This document shows positions 63,201 to 64,000 of a DNA stretch of 64,000 nt, in pieces. The stretch is taken from positions 15,775,974 to 15,839,973 of the forward strand of contig OZ316899.1 in the NCBI GenBank assembly GCA_973895155.1, written 5' to 3'. Under the pieces are notes generated by a model. The model did no database searches and was not told the DNA's origin. It saw only the letters and a list, made by a program, of their open reading frames with translations. The position numbers and the translations under genes are program-made. Numbering within the stretch: position 1 is the stretch's first letter; the number at the start of each line of letters is the position of its first letter. Source of the DNA: Marsupella aquatica. Taxonomy: Eukaryota; Plantae; Marchantiophyta.

Positions 63201-64000
63201 GTATCAAGGATACCATATAGATAGGCAGTAATCACATCTAAAATATGCATAACTAGTTTGTTCATAAGAGCATATGCGATTAGATATCTATATGTGATTG
63301 AATCCATTACAGGAGAGTATGTTTGATCAAAGTCTCGGCCGGGGATCTGGGTATAGCCCTTCGCGACCAAGCGGGCTTTATGTCTGATCACTTCTCCTTT
63401 TGCATTTCGTTTTCTGACGAAAATGAATCTGTAACCTGTAAGATGAAGTCCTGCAGGTGCAGTAATAATGGGTCCAAAAACTTTTCGTTTTATTAGTGAG
63501 TCTAGTTCTGAATTTATAGCTAACTCCCATTGTGGCCAGTCTGGGCGAGTTCGGGCCTCAGCAATCGTTAGGGGATCAGGAATAGTGTTTTTAATGTCCT
63601 CAGAAATCTTGAATGCAAAGATATCATCAACCTGTGTCTTATCACGCTGCAGTATCTGCCCGGTATGTACATAATTAATTGTAATCTCATCATTATCGGC
63701 TGTGCCTTGTGAAGATGGTACTGTAGTAGGTATATTTCTGGGAGATAGCATGGGTGTACGTGGCTGTCTAGGGTGAGAATCCTTGGATCCCAGTGGGCGA
63801 CCTCTTTTTGCCCTGGGTGCAGTCTCAGTTGCAGATGTAGTCTGTCGAGAAATTCGAGCTGGTACATTTGTTGCCTCTACATGTGAGCGAGTTACCTTGG
63901 CTGCATCGTTAAAAGCATCTGGAAGTTTCATAAGCATTTGTTGTAAATGGAGAACACGTTGTACTCCTTCATCTGCTTCTTTAGTGCGGTGGTCGTCTGC
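60252..64000 (-). mobile_element. Ty1/copia (Bianca-like) retrotransposon, 3' part; 3' LTR ~60252-60446
   Basis: PPT AAGGGGGAG (60447-60455, minus) abuts TGTTATAAG. The ~195-bp LTR has AATAAA and ends ATATCA; the LTR 3' end is inferred. Confidence 0.75.
61763..64000 (-). pseudogene. pol: Copia pol: RT and RNase H, one premature stop at 62588
   Basis: HKARLVAKGY, DVITAYLYG, RSLYGLKQSGR, IYVDD, YADAGY, SSNHSEII, KHIAPKFFYTH; PDAFND..VTRSH and KRGRP.GSKD are Bianca-type motifs. Confidence 0.93.

Overview
Gene-free, heavily nested transposon DNA from a plant. A non-seed land plant is likely, but that is inferred from the element types only. No intact host gene, RNA gene or CRISPR array was recognised. 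Reconstruction from termini and target-site duplications (TSDs): (1) A Ty3/gypsy chromovirus (family A, 16884-44839) has ~1.46-kb LTRs with non-canonical AGT...ACT ends; its LTRs have repeatedly inserted into the family's own sequence. (2) Two families of 4-4.6-kb TG...CA LTRs (B: 3087-7736, 12686-16883, 49388-53580; C: 34455-38467, 54572-57474) each carry a long ORF inside the LTR, and the B and C proteins are homologous. (3) An ~11-kb Mutator-like (MULE) element (21210-32229) carries a SWIM-finger transposase and a divergently transcribed, intron-containing gene with an N-terminal ParB/Srx-like domain and a C-terminal N4/N6-DNA-methyltransferase-like domain. About 18 copies of a 15-bp palindrome (TAGCGCCnGGCGCTA) were found, all in its non-coding parts. 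(4) A diverged second copy of that gene (45714-49387) has its own, different palindrome (TGGCGAGnCTCGCCA) in its introns and in an 11-unit tandem array. (5) There are also a MITE, a CACTA end with a TnpA-like gene, and Bianca-like Ty1/copia pieces. The best candidate for an undescribed system is the transposon-borne ParB-like/methyltransferase-like protein paired with copy-specific parS-like palindromes; the protein-coding LTRs come second. All domain calls are by motif recognition only; no searches were run.
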